64,000 bases of DNA from Gemmataceae bacterium (lineage in GTDB: Bacteria; Planctomycetota; Planctomycetia; Gemmatales; Gemmataceae): NCBI GenBank assembly GCA_046350275.1, contig JAXMAS010000005.1, forward strand, positions 13,224 through 77,223, written 5' to 3'. Positions within the stretch are counted from its first letter, which is position 1, and every line of letters begins with the position of its first letter. A program made the translations under genes and the position numbers. Shown piece by piece: positions 28,101 through 36,894 of the stretch. The notes beneath the pieces are model-generated. The model saw nothing but the letters and a program-made list of their open reading frames with translations, had not been told where the DNA came from and made no database searches.

Positions 28101-28279
28101 ATTTGCAAGCTCAAATCGGGATGTTGGCACTTGAGCAGGGCGATATGACCAAAGCGCGCGAGAGGCTTCGCGCGGCGGTGCGGCCGGTCGGACCGCCCGT
28201 GTCGTTCCCCTGGCGACCGCCGGCGCTGCGTTGGTTGGAACTGCTCGACCCGAAGCCAGTTCGCGCTGCACCGGAGTGA
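25139..28279 (+). CDS. Large membrane protein: N-terminal multi-TM domain (GT-C/PMT-like glycosyltransferase-fold candidate) plus a long C-terminal helical (TPR-like) domain
   Basis: It has about 11 TM helices in the first roughly 400 aa, with a conserved-looking loop NPDLWYQLAAGRLVVSGEFPFGLDPFSLHE. The C-terminal half is alpha-helical and repeat-rich. The function is inferred only from the architecture. Confidence 0.4.
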   Translation: MESDQRARAPRAFDALLGLATVVLAFLLGSFAAGGAGNPDLWYQLAAGRLVVSGEFPFGLDPFSLHEPAPPWIHHAWLFDVLIYGIYRSLGGAALVAIKAGFVALMAFVLLRTRERKTDGLWPAIATVLALLSMSPRLGLQPSIASYLLFALLQLALTRPARAKRWQLPVFAGILFALWVNLDGGFWLGLILIAIRLVGATLDRFVPLGDADIVESSPGAGDLALVLGAAIVGCLINPYLVGALLAVPTEFAMLRVAPESRGEWMYRNFYRLPYSAEYIRDAGIVSVVAYGLLLGCGIIMFFFNAAGWRWGRVLAWFAFTGASVFYPRIVPYAAIVAGPALAMSVQSAWSRWLANRREKMTTEGKHVLAFAGSFGRFVPLLAIGVLLFMAWPGWLAGDPGGTKGLRRVAWVVEPEATHERMAKQFAAWYADGRLRPGDARGFNFNPEFGYYCAWFCPPQKSFFDLRLTAPPDVWADYSKAHKGILNLRGGGEPGDAPPEPILEKYRLNCFTGSGEAILERGLARIMMSQPNRWPLWAVSGHGAIFGFHSAPGPDPMAYLHADPVALALNPSEKLPTPHIGGPPQVPSFWDTYLAGTPPIPPETHESALWLVAHDADQARFFPTTMLWQTAAAIGLSAPIGPGTAIKPFEPFSFAWMTTQAGGALGTFDAWRRFTPDGRKSRAEALLALRAARRSIAVSPDDYEGYLRAMRAYMAFDSDGSFVQPQQLVAARQVLARIPLAEAAGQEVAPDAIGIHEALLEIYQKTPILPNAQVPAIDLIAESLQARVDLGRGLAARRGAAPDSVPKQWVEMADKVREEVQKRIVDYENAAGKAPPSRRAVVAVSRGLAREAIKVLHEADPKDVEPAIAEIMTGVLLLAGEGEEAFALANSALLRGSPGAIEQRVKAAAALGDYDAGMAALDETLAASADSLGRPLAWLLQSMHFPDAPPYGLTRVMTMPSWGGTKVAPDRMYSGDFVAVALGAQHRFNLQAQIGMLALEQGDMTKARERLRAAVRPVGPPVSFPWRPPALRWLELLDPKPVRAAPE

Positions 28280-28283
28280 GCCA

Positions 28284-28811
28284 ATGGCCGCACGGTCGCA
28301 GTCGAACGATCGCTACAAGAAGCAGAAGGCGAAGCGACTCCGCCGTCACGCACTCCAGTTGGCCCAAGTCAATGCCGGTCGGGCGTGCGGCGGTTGCACG
28401 GCTTGTTGCACCGTCATGGGTGTCGCGGAAATCCCCACGCCGTTCTTCACCCGCTGTCCACACGAGACCGATGCGGGCTGCGCGATTTACGACAAGCGAC
28501 CGGGGGCCTGTCGCGACTTCTACTGCGAATGGCTCGTCGGGGGTTTCGGCGAGGCCGATCGACCCGACAAGCTGGGCCTGTTATTCGTGCCGACGCGCTA
28601 TGCCGACGCGGGAGTCGTCCACGAGTGCCTGGTGGCGTACGAAGTCTGGCCAAGTGCGGCCGACAGCGAAGCGGCTCGTACGATCTTGGCGAGTGCGTCG
28701 GTACGTGGGGAAGTCGGCCTGATTCGCCACCGTGACCTGAGCACTTGCCGTTTGCTCGGCTCGAATCGCGTTGTGGTGCCGCACGTCACCGCTGCCGTAA
28801 TGCCGCGTTGA
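28284..28811 (+). CDS. YkgJ/UPF0153 family Fe-S/zinc-chelating domain protein (CxxCxxCC motif)
   Basis: It carries CGGCTACC followed by CPHETDAGCAIY...CRDFYC, the pattern of the putative zinc- or iron-chelating YkgJ domain. Confidence 0.6.
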   Translation: MAARSQSNDRYKKQKAKRLRRHALQLAQVNAGRACGGCTACCTVMGVAEIPTPFFTRCPHETDAGCAIYDKRPGACRDFYCEWLVGGFGEADRPDKLGLLFVPTRYADAGVVHECLVAYEVWPSAADSEAARTILASASVRGEVGLIRHRDLSTCRLLGSNRVVVPHVTAAVMPR

Positions 28812-28924
28812 AGTCCGTCCGAAACGTGTAACCCGCGGGTGATCGACCATTCAGCGTCGGCCGAAGCGACTCTTCCGTCAATGTCGGTCCGAGTGCACCT
28901 CGGACCGCGCGTCCTGGTCAACGG

Positions 28925-30199
28925 TCACCCCAGCTTGACTTCGCCGCCGACTACGACGTACTTCGCCCGACCGCGAACCGGCCAACCGTGGAACGGGCTG
29001 TTGCGGCTCTTTGATCGGAAGGCATTCACGTCGATCGTCCACAGGGTTGTCGGATCGATGACCGTGACATCGGCCGGGGCCCCGACGGCCAGTGTACCGC
29101 GGTCGATCGATAGAACCCGCGCCGGGTTGCAGGTCACGTAAGCAATGAGCGTTGGCCAATCCAGGTGGCCGGGACCGATCAGGTGCGTCACGCAGAGGGG
29201 CAGGAACGTTTCGACGCCGAGGATTCCGTTGGGGCACTGGTCGAACTCACGCGATTTCTTTTCGGGTGCATGAGGAGCGTGGTCGGTTGCCAGCACGTCG
29301 AGTGTGCCGTCTTTGATGCCGGCCAGGATTGCATCCACATCCTCTTGCGCTCTGAGCGGCGGAGCCATCTTGAAGTTGCTGTCGAACGTCCGAAGACTCT
29401 CGTCGGTCAGGAGGAAATGGTGCGGACAGGCCTCGCCGGTGACTCGTACTCCTTGCGCCTTCCCGCGACGGATCAACTCGACGCTGCCGGCCGTCGAGAC
29501 GTGCAGAATGTGAACTCGGCCGCCGGTCAGCTTCGCGAGTTCGATGTCGCGGAAGACGTGGAGTTCCTCGGCCAAGGCTGGCATGCCGCGGAGGCCGAGC
29601 GCCAGGCTGACTCGGCCCTCGTGCATGACGCCGCCTTTGGTCAGGTCGAGGTCTTCGCAGTGGCTGAGGATCGCCTTGTCGAACATCCGGCTGTACTCAA
29701 GCGCACGTCGCATCATCTCGGCGCTGGAAACCGGCGACCCGTCGTCGGTGAAGGCAACCGCGCCCCCATCCACCATGCCGCCGATCTCGGCCAACTCCTC
29801 GCCACGGCGGCCCTTGGTCACGCAGCCGATGGGGAAAACGTTGGCCATGCCCGCCCGCTTGGCTTGCAAATAGACGAACTCCGCCTGCGCCTGGCTGTCG
29901 AGCGGCGGTTCGGTGTTCGGCATACAGGCGACCGACGTGACGCCGCCGGCGACGGCTGCCGCCGCGCCGGTGGCGATCGTTTCATCCTCCTCCCGTCCCG
30001 GTTCGCGCAGGTGGACGTGCATGTCGATCCAGCCAGGGCTGACGATGCAGCCAGCGGCGTCGAGCGTGCGGTCGGCTGTGCGGCCTGGCTGAGGCCCGAT
30101 GCCGGCAATGCGGCCATTGGCGATCCAAAGATCGGTGCTCGTATCGAGCTTCTGCGATGGGTCGATCACGCGACCACTCGCGATGCGGAGTGTGGTCAT
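28925..30199 (-). CDS. pyrC: Dihydroorotase
   Basis: A cyclic amidohydrolase signature is present (GWIDMHVHLREPG, VTSVACMPNT, metal-ligand H/D pattern, ATDHAPH). The start is taken at MTTLRIASGRVIDP. The ORF track extends to 30229. Confidence 0.8.
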   Translation of the reverse strand: MTTLRIASGRVIDPSQKLDTSTDLWIANGRIAGIGPQPGRTADRTLDAAGCIVSPGWIDMHVHLREPGREEDETIATGAAAAVAGGVTSVACMPNTEPPLDSQAQAEFVYLQAKRAGMANVFPIGCVTKGRRGEELAEIGGMVDGGAVAFTDDGSPVSSAEMMRRALEYSRMFDKAILSHCEDLDLTKGGVMHEGRVSLALGLRGMPALAEELHVFRDIELAKLTGGRVHILHVSTAGSVELIRRGKAQGVRVTGEACPHHFLLTDESLRTFDSNFKMAPPLRAQEDVDAILAGIKDGTLDVLATDHAPHAPEKKSREFDQCPNGILGVETFLPLCVTHLIGPGHLDWPTLIAYVTCNPARVLSIDRGTLAVGAPADVTVIDPTTLWTIDVNAFRSKSRNSPFHGWPVRGRAKYVVVGGEVKLG

Positions 30200-30750
30200 G
30201 GTAGGTGGCTTTCCTGGGGCTGCGGGCACCGCTCCGGAGCGTCACTGGTTGGTCGTGACGGTGAGAGGTCGAGCCGGTGGCGGATTTCCGCGACGATGGT
30301 CTCTGGATCGGGCGCGACGTCGACGCGCAACGAAGCGTCCGGTGGTTCGAGAATCTCGAATTGGCTATGCAGTAGCGCCGGGTTCATGAAGTGGCCAGTA
30401 CGGGCGGCCAGCCGGCGACGGATCAACTCCTCCGACCCGCTCAGGTAGACGAAGCGGACTTGTGTCGGAATGTCCTGGCGGATGTACTCCTGGTACGAGT
30501 GCTTGAGGGCCGAGCAGGCAAGAACGATACTCTCGCGGCGGTCGCAGGCTTCATCGACGAGCCGTCGCAGTGTCTCTAACCACGGCCGCCGGTCGGCATC
30601 GTCGAGGGGCACACCGCGCGTCATCTTCTCGATATTTGCGGCGGGGTGATAGTCGTCGGCGTCGAGAAACGGCCATCCGAGGCTCCGGGCGAGAATCCGT
30701 CCGACGGTTGTCTTGCCTGAACCGGATACTCCCATCAATACGACAATCAT
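30196..30750 (-). CDS. gntK: Gluconokinase (P-loop kinase, GntK/shikimate kinase-like)
   Basis: The sequence MIVVLMGVSGSGKTTVGRILARSLGWPFLDADDYHPAANIEKM is typical of thermoresistant gluconokinase. It overlaps the pyrC start by 4 nt. The ORF track extends upstream to 30918. Confidence 0.65.
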   Translation of the reverse strand: MIVVLMGVSGSGKTTVGRILARSLGWPFLDADDYHPAANIEKMTRGVPLDDADRRPWLETLRRLVDEACDRRESIVLACSALKHSYQEYIRQDIPTQVRFVYLSGSEELIRRRLAARTGHFMNPALLHSQFEILEPPDASLRVDVAPDPETIVAEIRHRLDLSPSRPTSDAPERCPQPQESHLP

Positions 30751-30985
30751 CGACTTATTGTCCCACACACGTTTTCCAGTGCGACACCGATGGTTTACGA
30801 ATGGGCATGAGGCCCGGCTTCGGTTCATAGCACTGCTAAGGCTTAAGCGACTCGCGAACCTCCCTTCGCTTCCCTTGTCCTGTTCCCTGCACCGCGACGG
30901 CGTCAGGCCGGGCGGCACGGCCTGCCGGGGGTTCCCGTCGAGAGGCCGCGTTCCGTAACCGGGTTCGGAAACCGGCCATCGCGAG

Positions 30986-31059
30986 GCAGGGTTAGCTCAG
31001 ATGGTAAGAGCATCGGCCCACTAAGCCGACAGTCCCAGGTTCGACTCCTGGACCCAACA
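30986..31059 (+). tRNA. tRNA-like sequence (canonical D-arm AGCTCAGATGGTAAGAGC and T-arm CCAGGTTCGACTCCTGG) with a defective acceptor stem and a noncanonical anticodon loop (CCACUAA); possibly a tRNA pseudogene
   Basis: In the hand-folded cloverleaf the D and T arms are perfect, but acceptor pairs 2-71 and 3-70 mismatch (C.A, A.A) and position 33 is C. Confidence 0.4.
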
Positions 31060-31336
31060 CCGGATGAGTCGCAGACTCACCCGACTCAACGCTTAACCAG
31101 CGTTACCTTGACCGCCTGACGGACGCGGTCGGTTTCATCGGCGGGCAACCGGCTTTGGCTCGTTGCCCACCGTCCGCGCACACCAGCGGGTGCCGCGCAG
31201 GCGGTTCGCCAGCCCGCGAATCCCGGGGCGGTCGCCCACCGTCTCGGCACTTGCACGGCTCGCGATCCGCTCCCGCGGCATCCCTCGTGCGTCGACGGGC
31301 CGGCGAGGCCGCCGCGTCCGCCGGGCCTTTTGGCAA

Positions 31337-31430
<94 letters not shown>

Positions 31431-31450
31431 TCACAATGGAGGTTCGCCCA

Positions 31451-32551
31451 ATGATCCGCTACATCCGCATTCGTCCATTCGAGGTCGGCCTCGTATTCCG
31501 CCACGGCACGTTCGTCGAGTTGCTCGACGCCGGCGCATACTGGCGGTTCGACCCGCTCGGCCGTGAGCGCGTCGATGTCGTCAGCCAGCGTGTTCCGTGG
31601 CTCGTCCACGAGCAGCTCGACTTGATCGTGCAGAGCGGCAAGCTCGACGGCCGAGCTGTCGTCCTCGACCTGGCCGACCACGAGCGCGGCCTGGTGTGGA
31701 TCGACGGTCGGTTCGAGACCGTCCTGCCACCGGGCCGGTACGCCTTGTGGACGGGCTTCCGGCGAGTTCGCGCCGAGATCGTGGACGCGCGGGCTGTCCG
31801 CTTCGACCACGCCGACCGTGAGGCGGTCCTGCGCGGGGCGAAGGCGGCGGAGCTGCTTGAGATCCACGACGTACCCGCCGACCACGCGGCCGTGCTATTC
31901 CTCGACGGCCGCTACATCGAGACGCTGGCCCCGGGGCGCTACGCGTTCTGGCGGCACCGCGTGACGGTCGAGCTGGCCCATGTGGACCGGCGCGAGCAGG
32001 TGTTGGATGTGCCGGGCCAGGAGGTGCTGACGGCCGACCGCGTGACGCTGCGACTGACGGCCGTGGCCGTCTACCGCGTGGCCGACCCGGTGCGTGCTGT
32101 CACGGCCACGGAGGACGCCAAGCAGGCGCTCTACCGCGAGACGCAGCTCGCCGTCCGGGCCGCCGTTGGTGCGAAGGCACTCGACGCGCTGCTCGCAGAC
32201 AAGGACGGGTTGGCCGCGGCGCTGACGGAGCAGGTGCGGGCGCGGGCCGGCGGATTCGGCCTGGACGTACAGGCGGTCGGCGTGCGCGACGTAATCCTGC
32301 CGGGCGATATGAAGGAGCTGTTGAACAAGGTGATCGAGGCCCGCACGGTGGCGGAGGCCGCGGTTATCACCCGCCGCGAGGAGGCGGCAGCGTTGCGGCA
32401 CCAGGCGAACGCGGCGAAGTTGCTGGCGGAGAGCCCGGTCTTGCAGCGGCTGCGTGAGCTGGAGGTGGTCGAGAAGATCGCCGCCGCCGGCAAGCTGAAC
32501 GTGGTCCTCGGCGAGAAGGGCCTGGCGGACCGCGTGCTGAACATGCTGTAA
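31451..32551 (+). CDS. SPFH/Band-7 (stomatin/prohibitin/HflK-C-like) domain protein
   Basis: A strong SD (GGAGG) lies 8 nt upstream of ATG 31451. The C-terminal half has the Band-7 pattern (LTADRVTLRLTAVAVYRV...AKQALYRETQLAVRAAVG...VRDVILPGDMKELLNKVIEAR...AAVITRREEAAALRHQANAAKLL). The N-terminal half has duplicated GRYALW/GRYAFW beta-segments. Confidence 0.65.
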   Translation: MIRYIRIRPFEVGLVFRHGTFVELLDAGAYWRFDPLGRERVDVVSQRVPWLVHEQLDLIVQSGKLDGRAVVLDLADHERGLVWIDGRFETVLPPGRYALWTGFRRVRAEIVDARAVRFDHADREAVLRGAKAAELLEIHDVPADHAAVLFLDGRYIETLAPGRYAFWRHRVTVELAHVDRREQVLDVPGQEVLTADRVTLRLTAVAVYRVADPVRAVTATEDAKQALYRETQLAVRAAVGAKALDALLADKDGLAAALTEQVRARAGGFGLDVQAVGVRDVILPGDMKELLNKVIEARTVAEAAVITRREEAAALRHQANAAKLLAESPVLQRLRELEVVEKIAAAGKLNVVLGEKGLADRVLNML

Positions 32552-32593
32552 CCAAAGGCGGAATCCCGGCCGTCAGGTCGGGGTTTCGCCGAT

Positions 32594-33523
32594 TCAATCG
32601 ACCTCGCATGCCGCGGCCAGGACGGCCATCCGCACTGCGAGGCCGTTCGTCACCTGCTGCAAGATCGCCGAGTGTTTGCCGTCAGCGACTTCCGGTGTCA
32701 CTTCCACGCCACGGTTGATCGGTCCCGGTGCGAGCAGCAGTACGTCCGGTTTTGCCCGCTTGAGCCGCGGGCCGTCCATGCCGAACAGTCGAGCGTATTC
32801 GCCGACGGATGGGAACAGGCCCGTCCGTTGTCGCTCGAACTGCACCCGCAACAGATTTAGCACGTCGCACCGCGGGAGAATATCGTCGAACGAGTGGGCG
32901 ACTTCAACGCCCCACTCGGCCACGCCCTCCGGCACGAGCGTCGGTGGCCCACAGACGATAACGTTTGCACCCAGCGCTTTAAGCGCATGAACATTGGACC
33001 GCGCCACCCGGCTGTGGGCGATATCGCCGACCAGGCCGACCGTCAGCCCTTCGACCCGCTTCCGCATGCGGCGGATCGTGAACACATCGAGGAGGGCCTG
33101 TGTCGGATGTTCGTGGGCCCCATCGCCGGCGTTGACGACCGCGGCCTGGAGGTGCCGGGCCAACAGATGCGGTGCACCGGGCGACGTATGCCGCACGACC
33201 ACCACGTCTACTCCCATCGCCTCGATGTTCTGAGCCGTGTCGATGAATGATTCGCCCTTGCTCAAGGACGAGCCACCCGGGGAGAAATCGACTGTGTCGG
33301 CCCCAAGGCGGCGGGCGGCCAGACCAAAGCTGGTGCGCGTCCGCGTCGAAGGCTCAAAAAACAGGTTCGCGACGACCTTGCCGGCGAGATCGGTCCGCTT
33401 GGGCCGACCACCTTCGCCAACGCCGACGTACTTCTCGGCTCGGTCAAGAAGCCGTTCGATAGCGGCGCGGCCAAGGCTCTCCAGGCCGAGGAGATGGCGT
33501 GGGGAATCGGTCATCAGCTTCAT
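32594..33523 (-). CDS. pyrB: Aspartate carbamoyltransferase catalytic subunit
   Basis: The motifs [43 protein letters not shown] and [11 protein letters not shown] are present. The start is taken at [13 protein letters not shown]. The ORF track extends to 33700. Confidence 0.85.
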   Translation of the reverse strand: MKLMTDSPRHLLGLESLGRAAIERLLDRAEKYVGVGEGGRPKRTDLAGKVVANLFFEPSTRTRTSFGLAARRLGADTVDFSPGGSSLSKGESFIDTAQNIEAMGVDVVVVRHTSPGAPHLLARHLQAAVVNAGDGAHEHPTQALLDVFTIRRMRKRVEGLTVGLVGDIAHSRVARSNVHALKALGANVIVCGPPTLVPEGVAEWGVEVAHSFDDILPRCDVLNLLRVQFERQRTGLFPSVGEYARLFGMDGPRLKRAKPDVLLLAPGPINRGVEVTPEVADGKHSAILQQVTNGLAVRMAVLAAACEVD

Positions 33524-34455
33524 TTGTCCTGAGCGAATTGGATCTTCTCGATCCGCCACTGATCGCCGATCGGCACGAAGTAGATGGCGATCTGAATCAT
33601 CCCATTCGAGGCAGCGATCGGGGCGAAGCACAAGTACTCGTATCCCGTACCCGAACGGCGGACCTTTGTCGATCGCTGCGTTGGCGATTGGACGATCCAT
33701 TCCAGGGCGGTCACCTGGGCGAGCCGTTCTTCATACACCTTTTGCGAATGGGCCTTCTGGAACTCCGGCGTGTGCAGGAGGTAGGTGCTGAGCGTCTTCT
33801 TGGCACGGAGATCCTCGATGACGGAATCGCCGAGTTCGTAGATCCGCTTCACGTCCTCCGGATTGACTTTGTTCTCAACGAGGAGTGGCGCGGCCGGTTC
33901 GACCGCCTGCTGTTTAGCAATATCGAGTTCGTCCTTGAGTTTCGCCATCTCCTGACGCAGACCGCGCAATTCCAGGTATCGAGCTCCGGCCCAAGCGACG
34001 CTTGCAAGTACGGCACCGATGACCAGGCCGAGGGCCACCCAGAACGGGCCGGTCGCGATCGTCGTCGTTTCCTCGACGCGGACGCGTTTTTTGCCCTTCG
34101 GCGCCGCATCGGCGGGTTGTTGTGGGGCCGGAGACGCGGTGGCGAGAGCATCGAACTCGACCTGAACTTCGTCGCCCTGGACGCGCACGGGATAGCTACG
34201 GACATCGGATTTCGCCGGCGGACTCAGGTGCCGGCCTGTGGCCAGTTCGAAGCGAGCATCATGCAACGGACAGTGGACTTCTCCGCTCGCGCAGGAGCCG
34301 AGAGCGAGGGACGCGCCGCGATGAGGGCAAGCATTGTCGAGCGCGTAGTAACGTCCATCGATACAGAATAATGCGACTTTGCGGCCGTCCGCCTCGACGA
34401 GCGTCCCGCGGCCCGGCGGGACATCCCTGGCGGACGCCACAGTAACAAACGGCAT
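33520..34455 (-). CDS. Rieske [2Fe-2S] domain (NirD-like) fused to a TM helix, coiled coil and C-terminal domain of unknown function
   Basis: The Rieske motif is CPHRGASL...(16)...CPLHDARF. It is followed by a TM helix ([23 protein letters not shown]), a coiled coil ([22 protein letters not shown]) and a roughly 180-aa domain. It overlaps the pyrB start by 4 nt. A good SD lies before ATG 34455. Confidence 0.6.
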   Translation of the reverse strand: MPFVTVASARDVPPGRGTLVEADGRKVALFCIDGRYYALDNACPHRGASLALGSCASGEVHCPLHDARFELATGRHLSPPAKSDVRSYPVRVQGDEVQVEFDALATASPAPQQPADAAPKGKKRVRVEETTTIATGPFWVALGLVIGAVLASVAWAGARYLELRGLRQEMAKLKDELDIAKQQAVEPAAPLLVENKVNPEDVKRIYELGDSVIEDLRAKKTLSTYLLHTPEFQKAHSQKVYEERLAQVTALEWIVQSPTQRSTKVRRSGTGYEYLCFAPIAASNGMIQIAIYFVPIGDQWRIEKIQFAQDK

Positions 34456-34506
34456 GGGGATCAATCTCCGGTCGGCCAATCTCGGTGTGCGGTCATGATA
34501 GCGAAC

Positions 34507-35910
34507 TCAGCCGCGCTTGCCGCGCCCGCCACCGCCGCCGCGTTTGCCTTTTTCTTGCGGCTGTTGCTGATTTGCTGGCGGCTGCGTCGGTGCGGGTGTC
34601 GCGGTCGCCATGAGTTGCATCAGCGCCCCGAGAAAGGCATCGGTTGCCGACATGCTGATTCGCGACTGCGTGACGACGTAGGTGCCATCGACTTTCGTCT
34701 GCGCGTTCGCGCGAATCTGGGAGTTGAAGTCTTTGACAGCGGGCGGCATGATGGCCATCGCGACGGCAAGCAGGCCGGGGTTCTGCTTGACCTTCTCGAC
34801 CGCGTCCGCAATCTGTTGGGCCAACGCTGCATCTCGTACGGCAAACACCTCATGATACTCGACTTCGTTGCCAACCGCTGTGTACCAGGTGGCCTGGCCG
34901 ATGACGCCCTCCGGCATCGCTGACGCACCACCGCCGATGGCGGACAGGGCATTGGATGCCGACATTCCCTCGCGGCTACTGGCGAGAAAGAAATGGCCGC
35001 CACGAGCCTTCGCCAACAACTCGCCGACCGAGCCACCCACGCGGCCTCCTCCGCGCACCACATCGCCCAGTTGCCCTTCGGAAAGTTCGGATTGGAGGAA
35101 CAGCCGGCGTGTCGGCAGCGCGAGTATCTGCGTCGTTCCGCCGACCGCGGGGACGCGCGTCGCGCTTTGACTGCCCACCGTGACGGACGTGCCCGCCGAC
35201 ATCAGTTTGGAACTATCCAATGCCACGCCGGATGCGATGAGGAGTGTGCCGACCTGCTTGCCACCCTCGGGTTGCACGCCGATAACCACACGCTCTGCCA
35301 GGTCGCGATAGGATGCCCCCTTGTCTTGCTTGTACTTGCGGAAGATCGAAAACGCTTCGCCTGTGTCGAACAGCTTCTCGACGTGCGGGGCGAGCGGCGT
35401 GCCCCAAAGTGCCTTTAGGTCCGCTCCCATAACCAACTGGCTATTGGGTGGGACGTACGTCAGCAGATCGACGTCACCGCCGCCACCGCCTCGCGTGACG
35501 AGCCAATAGACCAGGCAGCCGCCGCCTGCCAACAGCAACACCCCGGCCGCGACCAGGATGGGGATCAGGACACTCGAGCCACCACCCGACTTCTTGCGTT
35601 TCGGCTTGCGCTTTGGCCGTTCATCTTCATCTTCGTCGTCCTCCACGACTTCGACGACCTCGACGGCGGCATTGGCTCGGGCCTTTTTGCGGCGCGGCGG
35701 GGCATCATCTTCGACGACCTCCACACCATCCTCGACGACTTCGACGGCCTCCTCGACGACTTCCACCACCTCGACGCTTTCTTCCTCCGGTGGCGGTGCC
35801 GCAAACATGACCTGGCACTTGGGGCAGGTCACGAGCTTGCCTTGCGGAACGGGCTTCGACGACCGGAGCACCTTCCGACACTCCGGACAAGTCACGACGT
35901 AGACGGGCAT
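34507..35910 (-). CDS. Zinc-ribbon (CPEC...CPKC) membrane protein with an acidic VEVVE repeat linker and a C-terminal periplasmic domain
   Basis: It reads MPVYVVTCPECRKVL...CPKCQVMF, then (VEVVE/EEAVEVVEDG) repeats, a basic patch, a TM helix (VLIPILVAAGVLLLAGGGCLVYWLV) and an Ala/Gly-rich domain of about 330 aa. An SD lies before ATG 35910. Confidence 0.55.
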   Translation of the reverse strand: MPVYVVTCPECRKVLRSSKPVPQGKLVTCPKCQVMFAAPPPEEESVEVVEVVEEAVEVVEDGVEVVEDDAPPRRKKARANAAVEVVEVVEDDEDEDERPKRKPKRKKSGGGSSVLIPILVAAGVLLLAGGGCLVYWLVTRGGGGGDVDLLTYVPPNSQLVMGADLKALWGTPLAPHVEKLFDTGEAFSIFRKYKQDKGASYRDLAERVVIGVQPEGGKQVGTLLIASGVALDSSKLMSAGTSVTVGSQSATRVPAVGGTTQILALPTRRLFLQSELSEGQLGDVVRGGGRVGGSVGELLAKARGGHFFLASSREGMSASNALSAIGGGASAMPEGVIGQATWYTAVGNEVEYHEVFAVRDAALAQQIADAVEKVKQNPGLLAVAMAIMPPAVKDFNSQIRANAQTKVDGTYVVTQSRISMSATDAFLGALMQLMATATPAPTQPPANQQQPQEKGKRGGGGGRGKRG

Positions 35911-36007
35911 AGATGATGTCTCCTCGGTTCCACTTAAGCTAGCCAACGGTGGCGTCGGCCGCAATCGCGTGCTAGGCTCCAAATACAGCGGGACAGGGGA
36001 TGAGACC

Positions 36008-36367
36008 ATGCACTCGGCCGTGTTGCAGCGCTACTTCGGATCAGACAAGCAGTGGCGCGGACCGTGCGTCGTCGTCATCGACGCCGAAGCGTCGATCCAG
36101 ACGACCGGGTCGGACAGCATCCTGCAAAGCGGCATGAAGTCGTACGCGCCGCGGCTGATCTCCGGTCGCGTGACGGCCGATTCCGCGTGTTTGCTTGCCG
36201 ACGAGTCGGCTTTATTGCTTCTGCAAACCCAGCGCATCCGGCAAGCGACTGGCGAGGACTTGCACCAACAGACGCTGCTAGTCGTCGATCTGAACCACGT
36301 CGCCGCGATCGAATTTACGAGTCCCGATGCCCTTCGTGCCTTCGGGGTACCCAGCCCGCCAAAATAG
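36008..36367 (+). CDS. Hypothetical small protein (119 aa), divergent from the zinc-ribbon gene
   Basis: An ORF with an internal ATG (MHSAVLQRYFG). No motif was recognised. Confidence 0.3.
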   Translation: MHSAVLQRYFGSDKQWRGPCVVVIDAEASIQTTGSDSILQSGMKSYAPRLISGRVTADSACLLADESALLLLQTQRIRQATGEDLHQQTLLVVDLNHVAAIEFTSPDALRAFGVPSPPK

Positions 36368-36778
36368 GCAGTTGGCGCAAGGCCAGTTTGTAGAATCCTG
36401 GGTGGGATTCGGCATTTCTTACACGCGCATTCATTGCACTTTTTGCAAGACGTGGCGACTTCGTGACTAACGAAAATCGTCTTGTCGAATCGATTCACTG
36501 TGTTGGTCGTGACTTGCGCTTAGTCGCCGAGATTTATGCCGGAACTGGCACGGCGGATGCGTTGTATTATCACCGTCGGGCCAAGACGCCCGGCTCCGCG
36601 ACTCGGCTCACGGCTGTCCCCCCAGCCAAGCCACTCCCCCGCGGTGCCGGACGGGTTCGACGGATGCCGGTTCCGGGCACCCCCCCTGCCCAGCCGGCTT
36701 GATCGAACCGTCACCTCCCCCCGGTGACGCTTCGATTCCCCCCATCCCAACCCCCTCCCCCTATCCCACCCCGAAATG

Positions 36779-36818
36779 CCACCCGCCGTCCCCCCGGCGG
36801 GTGGCTCTTCTTTTTGCC
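36779..36818 (+). terminator. Rho-independent terminator (10-bp GC stem CCACCCGCCG/CGGCGGGTGG, then CTCTTCTTTTTGCC) inside the long leader upstream of the DUF2330-like gene
   Basis: The stem-loop and U-tract were read directly. It is preceded by an unusual poly-C/CU tract (36715-36795). Confidence 0.6.
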
Positions 36819-36894
36819 AGGTAATGCCGCGTATTCGACAGGAACTTATGGATGCGTTAGACTCAATCCACCGAGTTCCCGAGGACCCATATCA

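Noticed and set aside
36463-36702. 79-aa ORF in the long leader upstream of the DUF2330-like gene
   Set aside because: It is Pro/Arg/Ala-rich and low-complexity, and has no SD. The region is better explained as an untranslated leader or sRNA ending at the intrinsic terminator.
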